64,000 nucleotides of DNA from contig OZ037768.1 in the NCBI GenBank assembly GCA_964035545.1, forward strand, positions 4,186,741 to 4,250,740, read 5' to 3'. Each line of letters begins with the position of its first letter. The stretch's first letter is position 1. Below the pieces are notes generated by a model. That model saw only the letters and a program-made list of their open reading frames with translations. It made no database searches and had not been told where the DNA came from. The stretch comes from Bugula neritina (taxonomy: Eukaryota > Animalia > Bryozoa). Of this stretch, positions 12,076 through 24,394 are shown piece by piece. The position numbers and the translations under genes are program-made.

Positions 12076-14270
12076 CCTCAATAATGATTTCTCTAAGTGT
12101 AAATTTCCTCAATAAATCTTCTAAACAACAAAATATATTATAAAATGACTTACTATAACTGTTTCAGTTTGTCTTACACCTCTGCATCATCATGAGAAAT
12201 ATTACATACGTATAAATTAATTATATTAACTGCACTATTATTAATAGTCTGCTGCTGTTCTTCTTCCTTTTTTCCTTCTTTTCCTCTCTCTTCCTCCTTT
12301 CTTTCTTAATCTGATGTTGTTTCTGTCGGCTATTTTATAGGTAGCCTCCTTGGCAGCGTTTTGGGTTCCAGGGCATTGGTGATATCACAGGATTAACTTC
12401 GTTAGGTAAGTTGCCAGTTGGCTTACAGCACCAAATAGGGGGGTTGGTCGACATATATGGGAGTTGTTGGTGATAAGTTGTTGGCTCATCTTTGTATAAG
12501 GATCTTTGAATTACCTAGGTTACATCAATATTAATATTGTGGCTCAACCTGAAGTATAATTTCTTTTAAAGCTAAAAATAAATAACTATATATCCATATA
12601 TATATAAATGCATTGGCCATTGTTCACGTGCTGACCTTTGTAACATGATGTCACCATCAAGCTATATCAAGGCTGCATGATTTATCGAGCATAAAATATT
12701 GTATATCATCTATGTGTTAACATGACTGCATGTATAAATTCAAACTCAATTTATTCCTGTTTGTTTATCAGTAAATGTTTATATAAAAAGGCTAAACATT
12801 ACAAATTCCAACACGGCGAACATGACATTGTAATATTATCCCAAATTTCACAATTAATTGTATAAAACAACTTTACTAAGCATATCATAGTTGTATTATT
12901 TAGGGATTAGTAATTATATGTCTGGTATATTGATTAAGTTTCCATGTAAGACCAATTGCTATGTAAGATTAAATTTAATTCATTTAAATAATACGTCTGG
13001 TATATTAATTAACTTTCTTATCAAGACCAATTTAAAATTTTTTATGTACTTTATACTTCTCTGTAGGTACACTGTAGTCCACACACGGTGACAGAGCAGA
13101 TACAACAATTTATCAACCTGTCACCACCGAAGTCATCTCACCACAAGTCTCTAAGAAAAGGAGAAACTTCAACACCGAATGAATCACATCTCTTGAAGAC
13201 ATAGCTTGCAAAACATAGAAGTAAGAAAATAAATATAAACAGAACATTCCATTTTGCAGACTTTGCAGAAAGCTCACTCTGATTGCAAAATTTAGCTGCA
13301 CCACTTGCAAATGGTCTTGGCAGACTCTATAGAAGTTCCATTGTATCCTAGTCTTATTTGCATAATTAAAATGAGATATCTCAGATCTAATTTTGAACAC
13401 AATGGAATGGTTTGTTCCAAAGAACTGTCATTTGTGATGTTAATAAATGTGAGTGAGACTTGGGGTAATGTGTTCCAAAAGTTGTAAGAGCTGTCATGAA
13501 ACTTGTACAAGCTGTCACAAGTCTTGTTTCACCTCTGATGCCAGTAAACTTGGGTGAGGCCTGCAGCTGTTCCAGTTATAATTAGCATACAATGGGGGGG
13601 GGGGTGTTATTTTTAAAATAACTGTCTGTAAAAATGTGGCCTGCCCTCAATGTCAACCAATTTCACTCTAGCTTATAAACTTTCCAGTCCAGCCATACAA
13701 ATGCAGTACCTACTCTGCAAAAATAAAATGCTTGGCATTTTCTTGATCTGACACTAGTATTATTGGTACATCAAGTACACCACATACATCAAGTACATTA
13801 ATACTTATGTTACTTTATTGCTTAGAAATCTTAATTCAATAATGCAAGAATGTGTAAGTGTACCGTAATATATATTTCTATTTATTTCTCTGACATGTAA
13901 TGTATTTTCATGAAAAAGCATTGGTTACATGATAAAACTTCTAAAGTTTGCAAAAAACTGAGGTTTTATAACTTTAACCTTATAATAAACAATAGTTAAA
14001 AAGCAATTGTCTATTTACATAATATTATTGCAATAAAATCTATATTAGACACTATAGTTACATTATATTCATATGGAGGATAGACATATCCACGCCTCAC
14101 TTTGAAAATATAAGAAATGTTTTAAACATTATTGGTCAGTAAATCTATCAATTTTAAAGAACCAATTAGAATAACCACCTATAACTACAAGTCTCTATAC
14201 TGGATGTGCCAGCTCAAACTAGCTGTAGAAGTACTAATAACTCATTATATACCATCTCAGGGTATTCAGG

Positions 14271-15023
14271 TCATGTACGCCTTTCAGCTACACTAAACTT
14301 TTTACACAAATAGACCACTAGCAAGAGCAGACCTAGTAGAGGCAAAAAGGTACCAAATAATATGCCTACATAATGGCCATTGTTGTATGGAAGTACATCC
14401 GCGAAGATAATCAGAACTGTCATCGTCATAGAAAGTGCAATACTGGAGAGAATCACACACATATATCCATAAGCTTGCAAACACTTGCCCGGCTGGGGTC
14501 TCCTAAAGATACCGACTATAGTTGCTGTCGTGATGACGAGTTGGAGAAAAGTGACAGAAAATGCTACGATGCTGGAGAGAAGTTCGGCGAAACCTTCTTG
14601 TAACAACCATAAAGTATGCAGGGATTGCGTTGCTAATATAAATTTAGCGAGTCCAATTAGAAAATCTTCAAAAATGAAGCCTATTATGTAGTTGATGTTA
14701 TTCCACCAAGAAAAGTACTTTGAGCTTTCCGAGAACTCATCGTCTGTATTGTTTCTAGACATAGTGTAGCAAAAGATACAGATTAGAAGAAGCTGACTGG
14801 CGCATAGAACTCCCTGCAAGATGCACCCAACTAGCCATGCCTTTGTCGATGCTACTATTGCATTAGGCATGAATCTGTAATCATATAGTCCACCTAAAGT
14901 GAGTTTATACCAGAAATGGTGATATGCTGCACTCTCAGTGCCCAGGTCAATGATACTCGCTAAGAATGGTATGATGTAAGAGATAACCTGCCACTTCCTC
15001 TGACAACCCTTGCTACACTCCAT
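14271..15023 (-). CDS. Uncharacterised multi-pass membrane protein, paralog 2 (about 250 aa)
   Basis: The ORF track starts at GTG 15056, but the first ATG (15023, MECSKGCQRKW) aligns with the paralog 1 start (MACGIGRTCTVRW). Splice acceptor CCTCCAG|G at 15064/15063 implies an upstream exon; candidate donor AAAG|GTATTT at 16587. Confidence 0.82.
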   Translation of the reverse strand: MECSKGCQRKWQVISYIIPFLASIIDLGTESAAYHHFWYKLTLGGLYDYRFMPNAIVASTKAWLVGCILQGVLCASQLLLICIFCYTMSRNNTDDEFSESSKYFSWWNNINYIIGFIFEDFLIGLAKFILATQSLHTLWLLQEGFAELLSSIVAFSVTFLQLVITTATIVGIFRRPQPGKCLQAYGYMCVILSSIALSMTMTVLIIFADVLPYNNGHYVGILFGTFLPLLGLLLLVVYLCKKFSVAERRT

Positions 15024-16711
15024 TTCCTGTTCCGAACAGATTTTTTGTGCTTTCACTCCTAACCTGGAGGAAAAGTTCTATAATTAGTATTGTCTTTCAA
15101 TGGCTGTAAAGTTAGTCACTTATTGGCTTTCATTATTGAAAAACACACTTTTAGGTTTTCCAACAAAATGAATACATGGAAAGACAGAACAATGTTTGCG
15201 GGTACATGTTTTTTTTAATTTTTATTTAAATGATCACTGTTATAACTTAAAACTAACTCGTGGTATTTAAGTTGTATCAAATCCAATTATAACTCGCAGT
15301 TACATGAATATCTTAGCATGGCAAGATACTAACACCACCTACTAGCTGGTGACAAAACTATTTAGATGACAAAATGTAATTGCACAACATTAGTGTATAT
15401 ACATAATATCATTTTCCTAAAAATAAAATTATAAATATACATTCCACATTTATGTTGAAAATTGAATGTAGTTAAGACTCCATTAAATTGTGAAATTTTA
15501 TCACCAAATGCAGTTTAAATCAATGGAGGTAGATAATATTGCAGTTCTAAAGAATATTTTTTATTGCAGCTTTTTGTAATCATGTATTAATTTCAACTGG
15601 AGTTGATCAGCACATATTGATTGCCAAAGTATGCAATTCATTCAGAGGTAAGTGGAGACAACCACTGTTTCAGTTCTGTTGCTATCAAGCAAAAATTAAT
15701 TACAGTATTCTTTTTTCAAGTGAAGCAAGCTACAAAATTTCTCAAACATACACTCTGTATACATGCAGTATCAACATAGAAAACAAGCAGTCAAATTTCC
15801 ATTATATATAATTGTTGAAAACATAATTTTGGTTATCCAATGCAAATTAAACTAAGCAAGTTGCTTATATTATTCAATTTATGTTTGTATTAGTATACTA
15901 TTTGTTATTATATTATTATTTATCTTAGTATGTTTTTTATATATTGTAATATTATATCTTATTCTGGTAAATACAAGTTTCACAGCAATTACAAAGATTT
16001 TAAAAGTTCATCAAATGTACAATAATTGCAAAGCGGCACACCATTTTTTAAGCTTGAAGAGTTACACAAACTGCCGCTACACTATATATAACTATCACAT
16101 TGATATAATATTATAAGTAATAGTTAATTGATATATACCTTTTCAAGTACAAGATCTCACTAAAAAAATAAAGTATATGTGCACATATGTAACAAGTTTT
16201 ATAGTAGCATTACAGAAGTTAGGCAGCAAACAAAAGTAATTATGGTACCAGAACTTTAGCCTTGGAGTTGCGTGCGTTATGCGTATTTAACTAGGAATAT
16301 CTGTCAGATATTTTACAGAACTGCTATCTTTTTATTATGTGAATCGATATAAGTCCATAAATTGTAGAAAAACTTCATATAATTATTAGTCCGTAAAAGT
16401 AAATCCATATAACTGTTAGCATTAGTCCATATAATTGTTATCTAGTTCTAGTTCGTGAAAGCTGTAATTATTAAAAGAAAACATGATTAGTACTAATTAA
16501 ATTAGATTGTTTAAATATATTTTTATAATATTGCAGTGAACTATTAATTGTTGAATTACTAATGAGAAATTAAAAAACTAAAATACCTTTAGTACACTCC
16601 GAGTTAAATTTGAGCTTCACACTATGACTTCATGACTGTCTGCACGCAACTGAAGTTGACAGAGCCAGGCGACCTACACTTGTTGTTTAGTTAGTTGACG
16701 GCGAAGTAGCA

Positions 16712-16721
16712 GTCACGTGAC
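16712..16721. promoter_or_regulatory. Palindromic E-box / CLEAR-like site GTCACGTGAC
   Basis: Perfect 10-bp palindrome in a locally CpG-richer patch just upstream of the candidate first exon of the minus-strand membrane-protein gene. Confidence 0.35.
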
Positions 16722-18538
16722 CGTGTTAGATTCTATTAGGCCCATTATGAGTGTAGCAGTTCAGTTTATTGTTTTGTGTATTTTTACAACTAGCATTTAA
16801 CAACCCACAGCAAACACTATTGATTTAGTGACTATTCAAGAAAGGCACTTCTCTCTAAACATTAAAACAAAACTCCTTTATGTGTTCTTCATTTAATTCT
16901 TTGTGCGAGTATAATGCCTGCTTTTTTATTATTTTTGACTAATGTAGACTAGACAGTATTGTTTCAATGTCAAGTTTAACTTCTTTTTACCTCTTATTGC
17001 AAGAAAATAGATACGTTATTTCTGGTGACAGGCACTAATAATTGTCAAGAAAAGTATTAATTGTTCTCTTTTCAAATTAGCAATTTGGAGTAGTCATATT
17101 ATGAGTACAGTACATAGTGACTAAGAATAAAGAAGCTGATATATAGTATGAATAAAATATAAAATCAGTTGACACGTTTTGAAATGACCAAATTCTACAT
17201 ATATACTAATCTTGCTACACAATCACTATCACACTTCCAATAAGCTTTCTTATTCTAATAAATCATCATATTATATACAAATTTTATAATAAAAAATCTA
17301 TGTTTACAAAGTATTTAATGCATTTTACGAACACTACCAAAAAGTTTTAAATAAGTACTTTTTGACTGCATAGTTTCAGAGACTTAGGCTTATATAGCTT
17401 CCTAAGAACTAAAGATACTAGTTGCAGCAAAATTTAACTTATTGTCTAATGTTTTCGTGGCATAACTATGAACTTCAGAAAATGGTATGTATAGCCGAGC
17501 TATAACATATTATTAGCTAGTTATGGTACTAGAATGTAGATGATCTGTGTACTGTAGCTATGTACCTTGTGTTTTATTCTTAGTAAGTATATACCCCTAT
17601 CAGCATATTCAACACATATAGTTGCTAACACGACTTATGTAGTATTGCAAAATACATAAGAATTGGGATAACTTTTTTGTATAAGTGGGTTATAATTCTT
17701 AGACTATAGTGTATAACAAAAATGGAAACATCTGTTTTACTTGCTCGCTGGACAAATAAGTATTTTATGGAGTTGCACTACTAAAGTAGGAATTATGTTA
17801 ATTAATCAATCATATTACGAGTAATTTTTGTTGCGGGCTTGCTATTCGAAGAAAAGTTTATAACTCTCCATAGAAATACTAATTATGATGAACGCGATCA
17901 GTCTATATTAAATATGCGATCCGAATCTGTGATTTAATTTTATGGTGTATGAAAAACGTGTACCAAATTAATTAACAAATATGGAAAAAGAAAATCAACA
18001 AAATGATGAGCAAACGGTGAATATATTAACGCCTTTATTTTATTAAGACATACGTTTAAGAATGATTAAGATTTATATTTTAAGTTCTACTTCCATCAAA
18101 TTTAATATGAGTATCACAATCATTATCAATATGAATATTATTATAATTACAGAGATTATGAACAAGGTTATGCATTAAAACTGTGCTTATGAACTGAAGA
18201 TATACCTAATATTTGCACTTTTTGTCACTGATGGTTGTATTTTACTAAATTGCTATTTCTATTACTATCAGTATCAGTATTACTATTAGTATTACTATTG
18301 GTATTTATACGTAATATAAATATTTGTAAATTATTTTAAAAATTGCTCATTGTTTTATAACTTAAAAAAACCCTATAATCTGCTTAAATTATTATTTACA
18401 GTTACCAACTATACAGTAATTTATAATACAACGGTTTAAATAATGATATTTTACACCAAATTTTACATATGCATGCACATGCAAATTGTTAACAAACATT
18501 GATGTTGATTCTTTTGATCTTCAACATGTTATACATGG

Positions 18539-18809
18539 TGTAGTAAGGACGTAATGCGCGCGTCCCCCGTATTCCTTCAGCCTATCCAAGTGCGTCACGT
18601 GATAGCCCTGAGTTAGTAGTAGTTTTGCAGTAGAGAGAGCGTGCTAACTAAGCGAAGATGTAATCTCTAATCTGTGTACGTGCTGTATCTTTTATATAAT
18701 TAGTAGTAAATAAACTTGGAAACTTTTACCTAAATACTTTATTGGTGTAGATAAATAGACATAATTACAAGCTAGGAACCCACGCATAGTAGTTACATAA
18801 CTTACTACA
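18539..18809 (+). repeat. 5' LTR (271 bp)
   Basis: Identical to 25840-26110; contains TCACGTGA, TATATAA and AATAAA. Confidence 0.96.
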
Positions 18810-18810
18810 G

Positions 18811-18829
18811 TGGTGGCAGCAGTGGGATT
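18811..18829 (+). other. Primer-binding site, tRNA-Leu type
   Basis: TGGTGGCAGCAGTGGGATT is complementary to AATCCCACTGCTGCCA-CCA, one difference from the recalled metazoan tRNA-Leu(AAG/TAG) 3' end AATCCCACCGCTGCCA-CCA. Confidence 0.78.
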
Positions 18830-18870
18830 TCTAGCTACTGTATGAGAACAATGAGAAGTATTAGAACATC

Positions 18871-21800
18871 ATGGACGAGGGAGTAACTTCAATGGAAGGA
18901 GGTGAGCAGAACATTATTATAGGCCCTCTCGGAGCTGGAGAGGAGGTATATAGGAACACGTTGGAGGTTCCCGTGTTCACAGGCCGCGAGGATATTGAAC
19001 AATTCGTTCAAGAATTCCGTGAAGCTGCAGCCATTACAAGATGGCCGCCAAGAGTAACCCTTATGAAACTGCGGATGGCACTGACGGGAGAAGCCAAGCC
19101 GTACGGGTGGAAGCCTAGCATAAACGGGATCATTGCTACACTACGGGCCCGTTTTGGCATGCCCGTTGCCGTCGCCAAGTCCAGGCTGCGAGGATTACTC
19201 CGCAAGACAGGTACACCGCTTTCTGACCACGCCACTCTGGTGCAGAGACTGGCACGGACCGCGTATAGCGATCTGCCAGAAACACACAGACGGCACTACA
19301 CATTCGAAGCCTTTGTACAGTCTCTCAACTCTTTGGACTTCCACCACCAGTTACAAGCCAAGGGAGTGACCACAATCGAGGCTGCAATCCAGGAGAACAA
19401 AGCCTACGCTGGAGCCGAGCGACTCTATAAGACGGAAGAGACCACTCCCCAGACCTCTAGGGAACCAGACCATCCGGTCCACACAGCTGCCGCGACCACT
19501 AAACCCCCCATAGAGATGGAGATAAGCCGCTTGATGACTAGACTGGGACAATTGGTGGCGACGATAACATACAACCACTCAAGGAAGAGTAAGAGGACGG
19601 CAGCAAAACCCCCCAGACCTATGATGCGACGCTGGGAAAGCGGCAACCAGGGGCACCGCCACCTGAGCGGCCCACGATTCAAACGGCAGCAGAAACCACA
19701 ACCTCCCCGGAGACCCCCAGAGCTCCGCGGGCACACACAGAGAGGAAAACGGGGTGGATGTCGCCAGGAGCCCGTACGGGCCCAGCAACACACCCCCCGT
19801 CAATGGCAAACACCTCGCCGAACCAGCCAACCGGGTCGACCACGAGACCCCTTCTCTTTGCCTCTCACCAACCGCTTCAGTCCGTTACCAGTAATGGAAC
19901 AGACCAGCGAGGCCCCTCAGGGCATCGGGGAGGATCAGAACGCCTCCCCGCAAGGAAACTCTCACCGGCCCCGCAAACCGCGGAACAAACGGGCACAGCC
20001 CCGTTCGGCCGAGACCGAGCACGCTGGGGGAGTACGGGTACAACCTCACGGAGGCAGCTACTTCTTGCCAGGGAAGGTGGCCGGTAAAGCTGTCACCTTC
20101 CTGCTAGACTCCGGGTGTACCACTAATCTCCTCAGCCGTCGGGTCTTCGACACCCTCCCTCTCAAGGAGAGGGGAGCCTTAGCTCCCTATACCGGGGAAC
20201 CGGGCACCCTAGCTGACGGGTCACGGATTCCTTTCTACGGTATCATAGAATTGGCTGGGCGCGTCCGCGACCAGGCCATTCAGGAAACCTTCGTCATCAG
20301 CCCACTGGAGGAAGATGCCATACTGGGGATGCCGTTCTTGAAGAGACACGGGTGCCATATTGACTTTAGCAAGTCAGCCATGCTAATGGGCGGCAAAGAG
20401 CTCACCTGTGTCGACAAGTTCGGTCGTCCTCTAGCGGGAGGTGTGCAGGTAGTACGCAACTGTACTATACCCGGCCGCTCCCGGGCTACCGTTCACTGCA
20501 GAGTGAACAATAGCCAACTCTCGGGGCTAGGGGTTGTCGAAGGTGCGCACACTAGAATCCAACTCGCCAGCAGTCTTAACCGGCTGACTGACCGAGGAGA
20601 GATCTTGGTGCAGTGTGTCAACCCCTTCTCCGAAGCGGTACAATTACCGTCAGGATCCATGCTGGGTCGCTTCCACTCCATCCAGGAGGAGGATATAGGG
20701 CCGTCGCTGGGAGCTGCGACGGAAGGTCCCCAACAGAGCCCGTCAGTTAGGCGGGGGACCGTCCCATCACACGTCAAAGAGCTATACCAGGCAGCGTGTA
20801 ACGGCTGCACGGGCAACGTGGAACGCCAGACTATGGCTCAGTTGCTACGTGATTATAGCGACGTGTTCAGCAGTGGGGACCATGACGTCGGCCTGACCAC
20901 GGCCGTCCGTCATGAGATACCGCTGGCTGCAGGGACTACCCCTATTCGGCAGCCCACTAGGAGGCTGGGACCCGAGAAGGAAAAGGAGGTCAGCCAACAA
21001 GTCCGGGATCTTTTGGACCGCGGCCTCATCGAGCCAGCACATAGTGCGTGGAGTTCACCGGTCGTCCTGGTCCGAAAGAAAGACGGCAGTTGGCGGTTCT
21101 GTGTGGATTATCGCAAGCTCAATAGCGTGACCATACAGGACGCCTACCCCTTACCCAGGATCGACGAATCTCTGGACGCCTTAGCCGGCAGCAAGTACTT
21201 CAGTACGCTAGACTTGTTGAGCGGCTATTGGCAGGTCCCCCTCAGCCCAGACGCCCAGGAGAAGGCGGCGTTCATCACGCGGGACGGCTTATGGAAGTGG
21301 AAAGTCCTCCCCTTCGGACTGACTTCTGCCCCCGCCACGTTCCAGCGGCTCATGGAACAGGTCCTCAGTGGACTCCACTGGAAGACACTGCTAGTATACC
21401 TCGACGACGTCATCGTGATCTCCCCAGACTTTCAGACGCACGTCAGCCGTCTGCGGGAGGTCTTCGATCGACTCCGAGGCGCCAATCTGAAGCTCAAACC
21501 CTCCAAGTGCGCTCTCTTGCAGCCAGAGGTGAAGTACCTGGGGCACATCGTCGGCCGTCACGGTGTGGCGACGGATCCTGAAAAGGTACGAGCTATAGAA
21601 GATTGGGTAACCCCCCAGGATTTGACCGGGCTACGGGCTTTCCTGGGGCTGGTAGGGTATTACAGGCAATACATACCAGACTTTGCGGGGGTAGCGCAGC
21701 CATTAAACCGGCTCACCGCAAAGGGGGTGACCTGGCAGTGGACTCCCGTCGAACAGAGAGCGTTCGACTGCCTCAAAGGCCGCCTGCTGGAGGCCCCTAT

Positions 21801-22833
21801 CCTGGCCTATCCAGACCCTGCCCTGGAGTACATCCTCGATACTGACGCCAGTGACCAAAATGTCGGCGCTGTGCTGTCCCAGGTGCAGGAGGGCCGCGAA
21901 GTAGTCGTGGCCTACTACAGTAAGTCTCTCTCGCCCACTGAACGAAATTACTGCACTACCCGAAAGGAATTGCTGGCAGTAATCAAGTCAGTGAAGCATT
22001 TCAGACCTTATCTATACGGCAGGAAGTTCCGCTTGCGGACCGACCACGCCTCCTTGATTTGGTTATGTAAGAGAGCAGAACCGTCCAGCCAAGTCGCCCG
22101 ATGGCTCGAGGTCCTGGCTGAGTTCTCTTACCGGATCGAGCACCGACCCGGTAAGAAACACGGCAATGCTGATGGACTGAGCCGGCGACCGGACGAGGGG
22201 TGTAAACAGTGCCTCAACATCGAGAAGAGGGACGGAGGTCCTCCAAAATCCGAGTTGAGAGCACTGAACCACTCTGAAACGGAGTATGACTGGGACCAGG
22301 GTCAACTCCTACAGAAGGCCGCTACGCCCCCGGAGGCTATCCAACGCCTCCGTGCCAATCCTGTCTTGGCTGATAACGTTAGGGAGCTACGAAGACTCCA
22401 GGAGGACCTCCCTGGAGTGGTAGCCGTCGTATATCGTGCCAAAAAGGAGGGGCGACGACCCAGTGAAGAACAACTGCGGCAGGGATGCACCGAGTTACGG
22501 TCGTACTGCCAACGTTGGGACTCCCTGCGGATCGGGCCAGATGGTCTGCTGACCATCACAGTGGCTGCTCACAACAACCAGTATGGCAGGAAGAGGGTGA
22601 TCTGCCCAGCCGCCATACGCCGGGAGTTAGTATGGGACACCCACAAGCAAGCCCACGCCGGGGTGAGCAGGGTGCTCTCCAAGTTACAACTCCGGTGGTA
22701 CTGGCCCGGCATGGAGCGTGAGGTGCGGCGTAGAGTCAAACAATGCGAAATCTGCCAGGCCAGCAAGCATGGCCGTCTCCCTGGTGAAGCGGGACGGCGT
22801 AGGTATATGCTGGAAGGCCGTGGCAGGTGGTAG
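18871..22833 (+). CDS. gag-pol: Gag-Pol polyprotein: capsid, protease, RT, RNase H, integrase HHCC domain; frameshifted near 22804
   Basis: Capsid-like VPVFTGREDIEQFVQEF; protease FLLDSG; RT motifs WRFCVDYRKLN, PFGL and YLDD (21397); RNase H TDAS and TDH; integrase zinc domain HKQAH...CEIC. Confidence 0.95.
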   Translation: MDEGVTSMEGGEQNIIIGPLGAGEEVYRNTLEVPVFTGREDIEQFVQEFREAAAITRWPPRVTLMKLRMALTGEAKPYGWKPSINGIIATLRARFGMPVAVAKSRLRGLLRKTGTPLSDHATLVQRLARTAYSDLPETHRRHYTFEAFVQSLNSLDFHHQLQAKGVTTIEAAIQENKAYAGAERLYKTEETTPQTSREPDHPVHTAAATTKPPIEMEISRLMTRLGQLVATITYNHSRKSKRTAAKPPRPMMRRWESGNQGHRHLSGPRFKRQQKPQPPRRPPELRGHTQRGKRGGCRQEPVRAQQHTPRQWQTPRRTSQPGRPRDPFSLPLTNRFSPLPVMEQTSEAPQGIGEDQNASPQGNSHRPRKPRNKRAQPRSAETEHAGGVRVQPHGGSYFLPGKVAGKAVTFLLDSGCTTNLLSRRVFDTLPLKERGALAPYTGEPGTLADGSRIPFYGIIELAGRVRDQAIQETFVISPLEEDAILGMPFLKRHGCHIDFSKSAMLMGGKELTCVDKFGRPLAGGVQVVRNCTIPGRSRATVHCRVNNSQLSGLGVVEGAHTRIQLASSLNRLTDRGEILVQCVNPFSEAVQLPSGSMLGRFHSIQEEDIGPSLGAATEGPQQSPSVRRGTVPSHVKELYQAACNGCTGNVERQTMAQLLRDYSDVFSSGDHDVGLTTAVRHEIPLAAGTTPIRQPTRRLGPEKEKEVSQQVRDLLDRGLIEPAHSAWSSPVVLVRKKDGSWRFCVDYRKLNSVTIQDAYPLPRIDESLDALAGSKYFSTLDLLSGYWQVPLSPDAQEKAAFITRDGLWKWKVLPFGLTSAPATFQRLMEQVLSGLHWKTLLVYLDDVIVISPDFQTHVSRLREVFDRLRGANLKLKPSKCALLQPEVKYLGHIVGRHGVATDPEKVRAIEDWVTPQDLTGLRAFLGLVGYYRQYIPDFAGVAQPLNRLTAKGVTWQWTPVEQRAFDCLKGRLLEAPILAYPDPALEYILDTDASDQNVGAVLSQVQEGREVVVAYYSKSLSPTERNYCTTRKELLAVIKSVKHFRPYLYGRKFRLRTDHASLIWLCKRAEPSSQVARWLEVLAEFSYRIEHRPGKKHGNADGLSRRPDEGCKQCLNIEKRDGGPPKSELRALNHSETEYDWDQGQLLQKAATPPEAIQRLRANPVLADNVRELRRLQEDLPGVVAVVYRAKKEGRRPSEEQLRQGCTELRSYCQRWDSLRIGPDGLLTITVAAHNNQYGRKRVICPAAIRRELVWDTHKQAHAGVSRVLSKLQLRWYWPGMEREVRRRVKQCEICQASKHGRLPGEAGRRRYMLEGRGRW

Positions 22834-24329
22834 CTATCGACCTAGTCGGACCCATGCCCGTCACCCCCAGAGGAAACAGTTGGATCCTAGTATTAACCGA
22901 CCACTTTACACGGTGGGCGGATGCCCTGGCTATTCCAGATGCGTCCGCCCCCACAGTGGCCAGGGTGCTGGATCAAAATGTATTCTGCTATCTTGGACTA
23001 CCTGAGCAAATACATTCGGACCAGGGGGCTCAATTCCAGTCCCAACTGTTGAGCGACCTCTGCCGCCTCTGGGGAGTAAACCAAAGCAGGACCACCCCGT
23101 ACCATCCTCAGGGCAACGGGGTGGTGGAACGCAACAATCGCATGTTGGGCGATGCACTGCGCAGTCTGCTCCTCGGCCGGGGTCAGGAGGAGTGGGATAC
23201 GGTACTGCCGCAAGTCATGCGGGCCTACCGTAGTACACCACACACCAGTACGGGGGAAACCCCTAACCTCCTGATGCTCGGTCGAGAGACGCGAGTGCCT
23301 GACCACCTCACATACCACATCCCAGAACAGGACTATACCATCCACGAGTATGCCAGTAAATTGATAGAGGACCTGAGGGCCGCACACGAAATACTGCGGG
23401 CGAAGCAGTGGCAGGTACGGCGAGAGGACTCTCAGGAACCACCTCTCTATCAAACTGGGGACTGGGTGTGGATGGTCAACTACCGTAGGCGTCGAGGACA
23501 AGCGGCTAAGCTCCAGCCTAAGTTTGTGGGACCCTACGTAGTAGTTGAGGCTATGCCCAATCATACGTACAAGTTGGAGCGATCTGGACAGGTCTCTGTC
23601 CAGAACGAAACCCGCTTGAAACCGTATTGGGCTAGCCCAGGAGCAGCAGGAGCAGCCCCCCCGTTGTTGGAGCCCAGGAGGCAGACAGTAACGCGTGGGC
23701 GGCAACGGCATGGACCCGAGTACGAAGTGGTCGTGCCGCGGGGAGAGGACTTGGTGAGGCAGGAGACGCCACTCCCACCAACGGAAGTGCGCCCACCGCC
23801 CCCAGTACCAAGTCTACCCCCACCACTTCCGGTTCCGCATCCGCGTCCGGAAGTGCAAAACCCCCCCGTGGGAGGGGCTCCATCTGGAGACAACAGCGGA
23901 GAGGGGAACACCACCACCAACGGCGGGCCAGAAACACCACAGGTGGAGCAAAATAGCCCACCAGTGAGTACGCCGCCCCAACCAACAGCTACAACTCCCC
24001 CTCCAGCTGATACGTCACCTCCCCTGGAACGGGGACAGCGTACTAGACAACCCCCAGCATACCTTAAAGACTACATATGTGACCGTGTTACAAACGGCAG
24101 TTATGAAAGTCTAGCTGGGCGCCGTACGGAAGGACTGGCAGCAAAGCGTGGGAGTTGTGAACACCACGGAAATCTCAACTTTTGCGAAGGCGGAGTAGTA
24201 AACAAAACTACTACGCCCGGGGCAAATAGTTCCAGCCGTGCGCAACAACCACGCTGCCCAGTCTTTTCGTACGCTGACGTTGTCAAGGGAAGACGCATTC
24301 AAACTCAATCCACGGACATCCAAGCTTGA
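22804..24329 (+). CDS. pol: Integrase catalytic core, GPY/F motif and Pro-rich tail (continuation of pol after the frameshift)
   Basis: YAGRPWQVVAIDLVGP, IHSDQG and QGNGVVERNN give the DDE triad; KLQPKFVGPY; RTRQPPAYLKDY. Confidence 0.93.
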
Positions 24330-24394
24330 ACGCTGAGTATGATTACAAATACCGGGTTCTCAGGTAAGCTTGCTCTGAGCTAACATTTCCACTC

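Noticed and set aside
12341-13290. Possible plus-strand exons (acceptor-like sites at 12340 and 13066, donor GTAAGT near 12406)
   Set aside because: No coherent reading frame or recognisable homology; a lncRNA cannot be supported without transcript data.
22998-23711. 237-aa antisense ORF and other overlapping ORFs in the Gypsy element
   Set aside because: Expected shadow ORFs in GC-rich coding DNA; no recognisable motifs.
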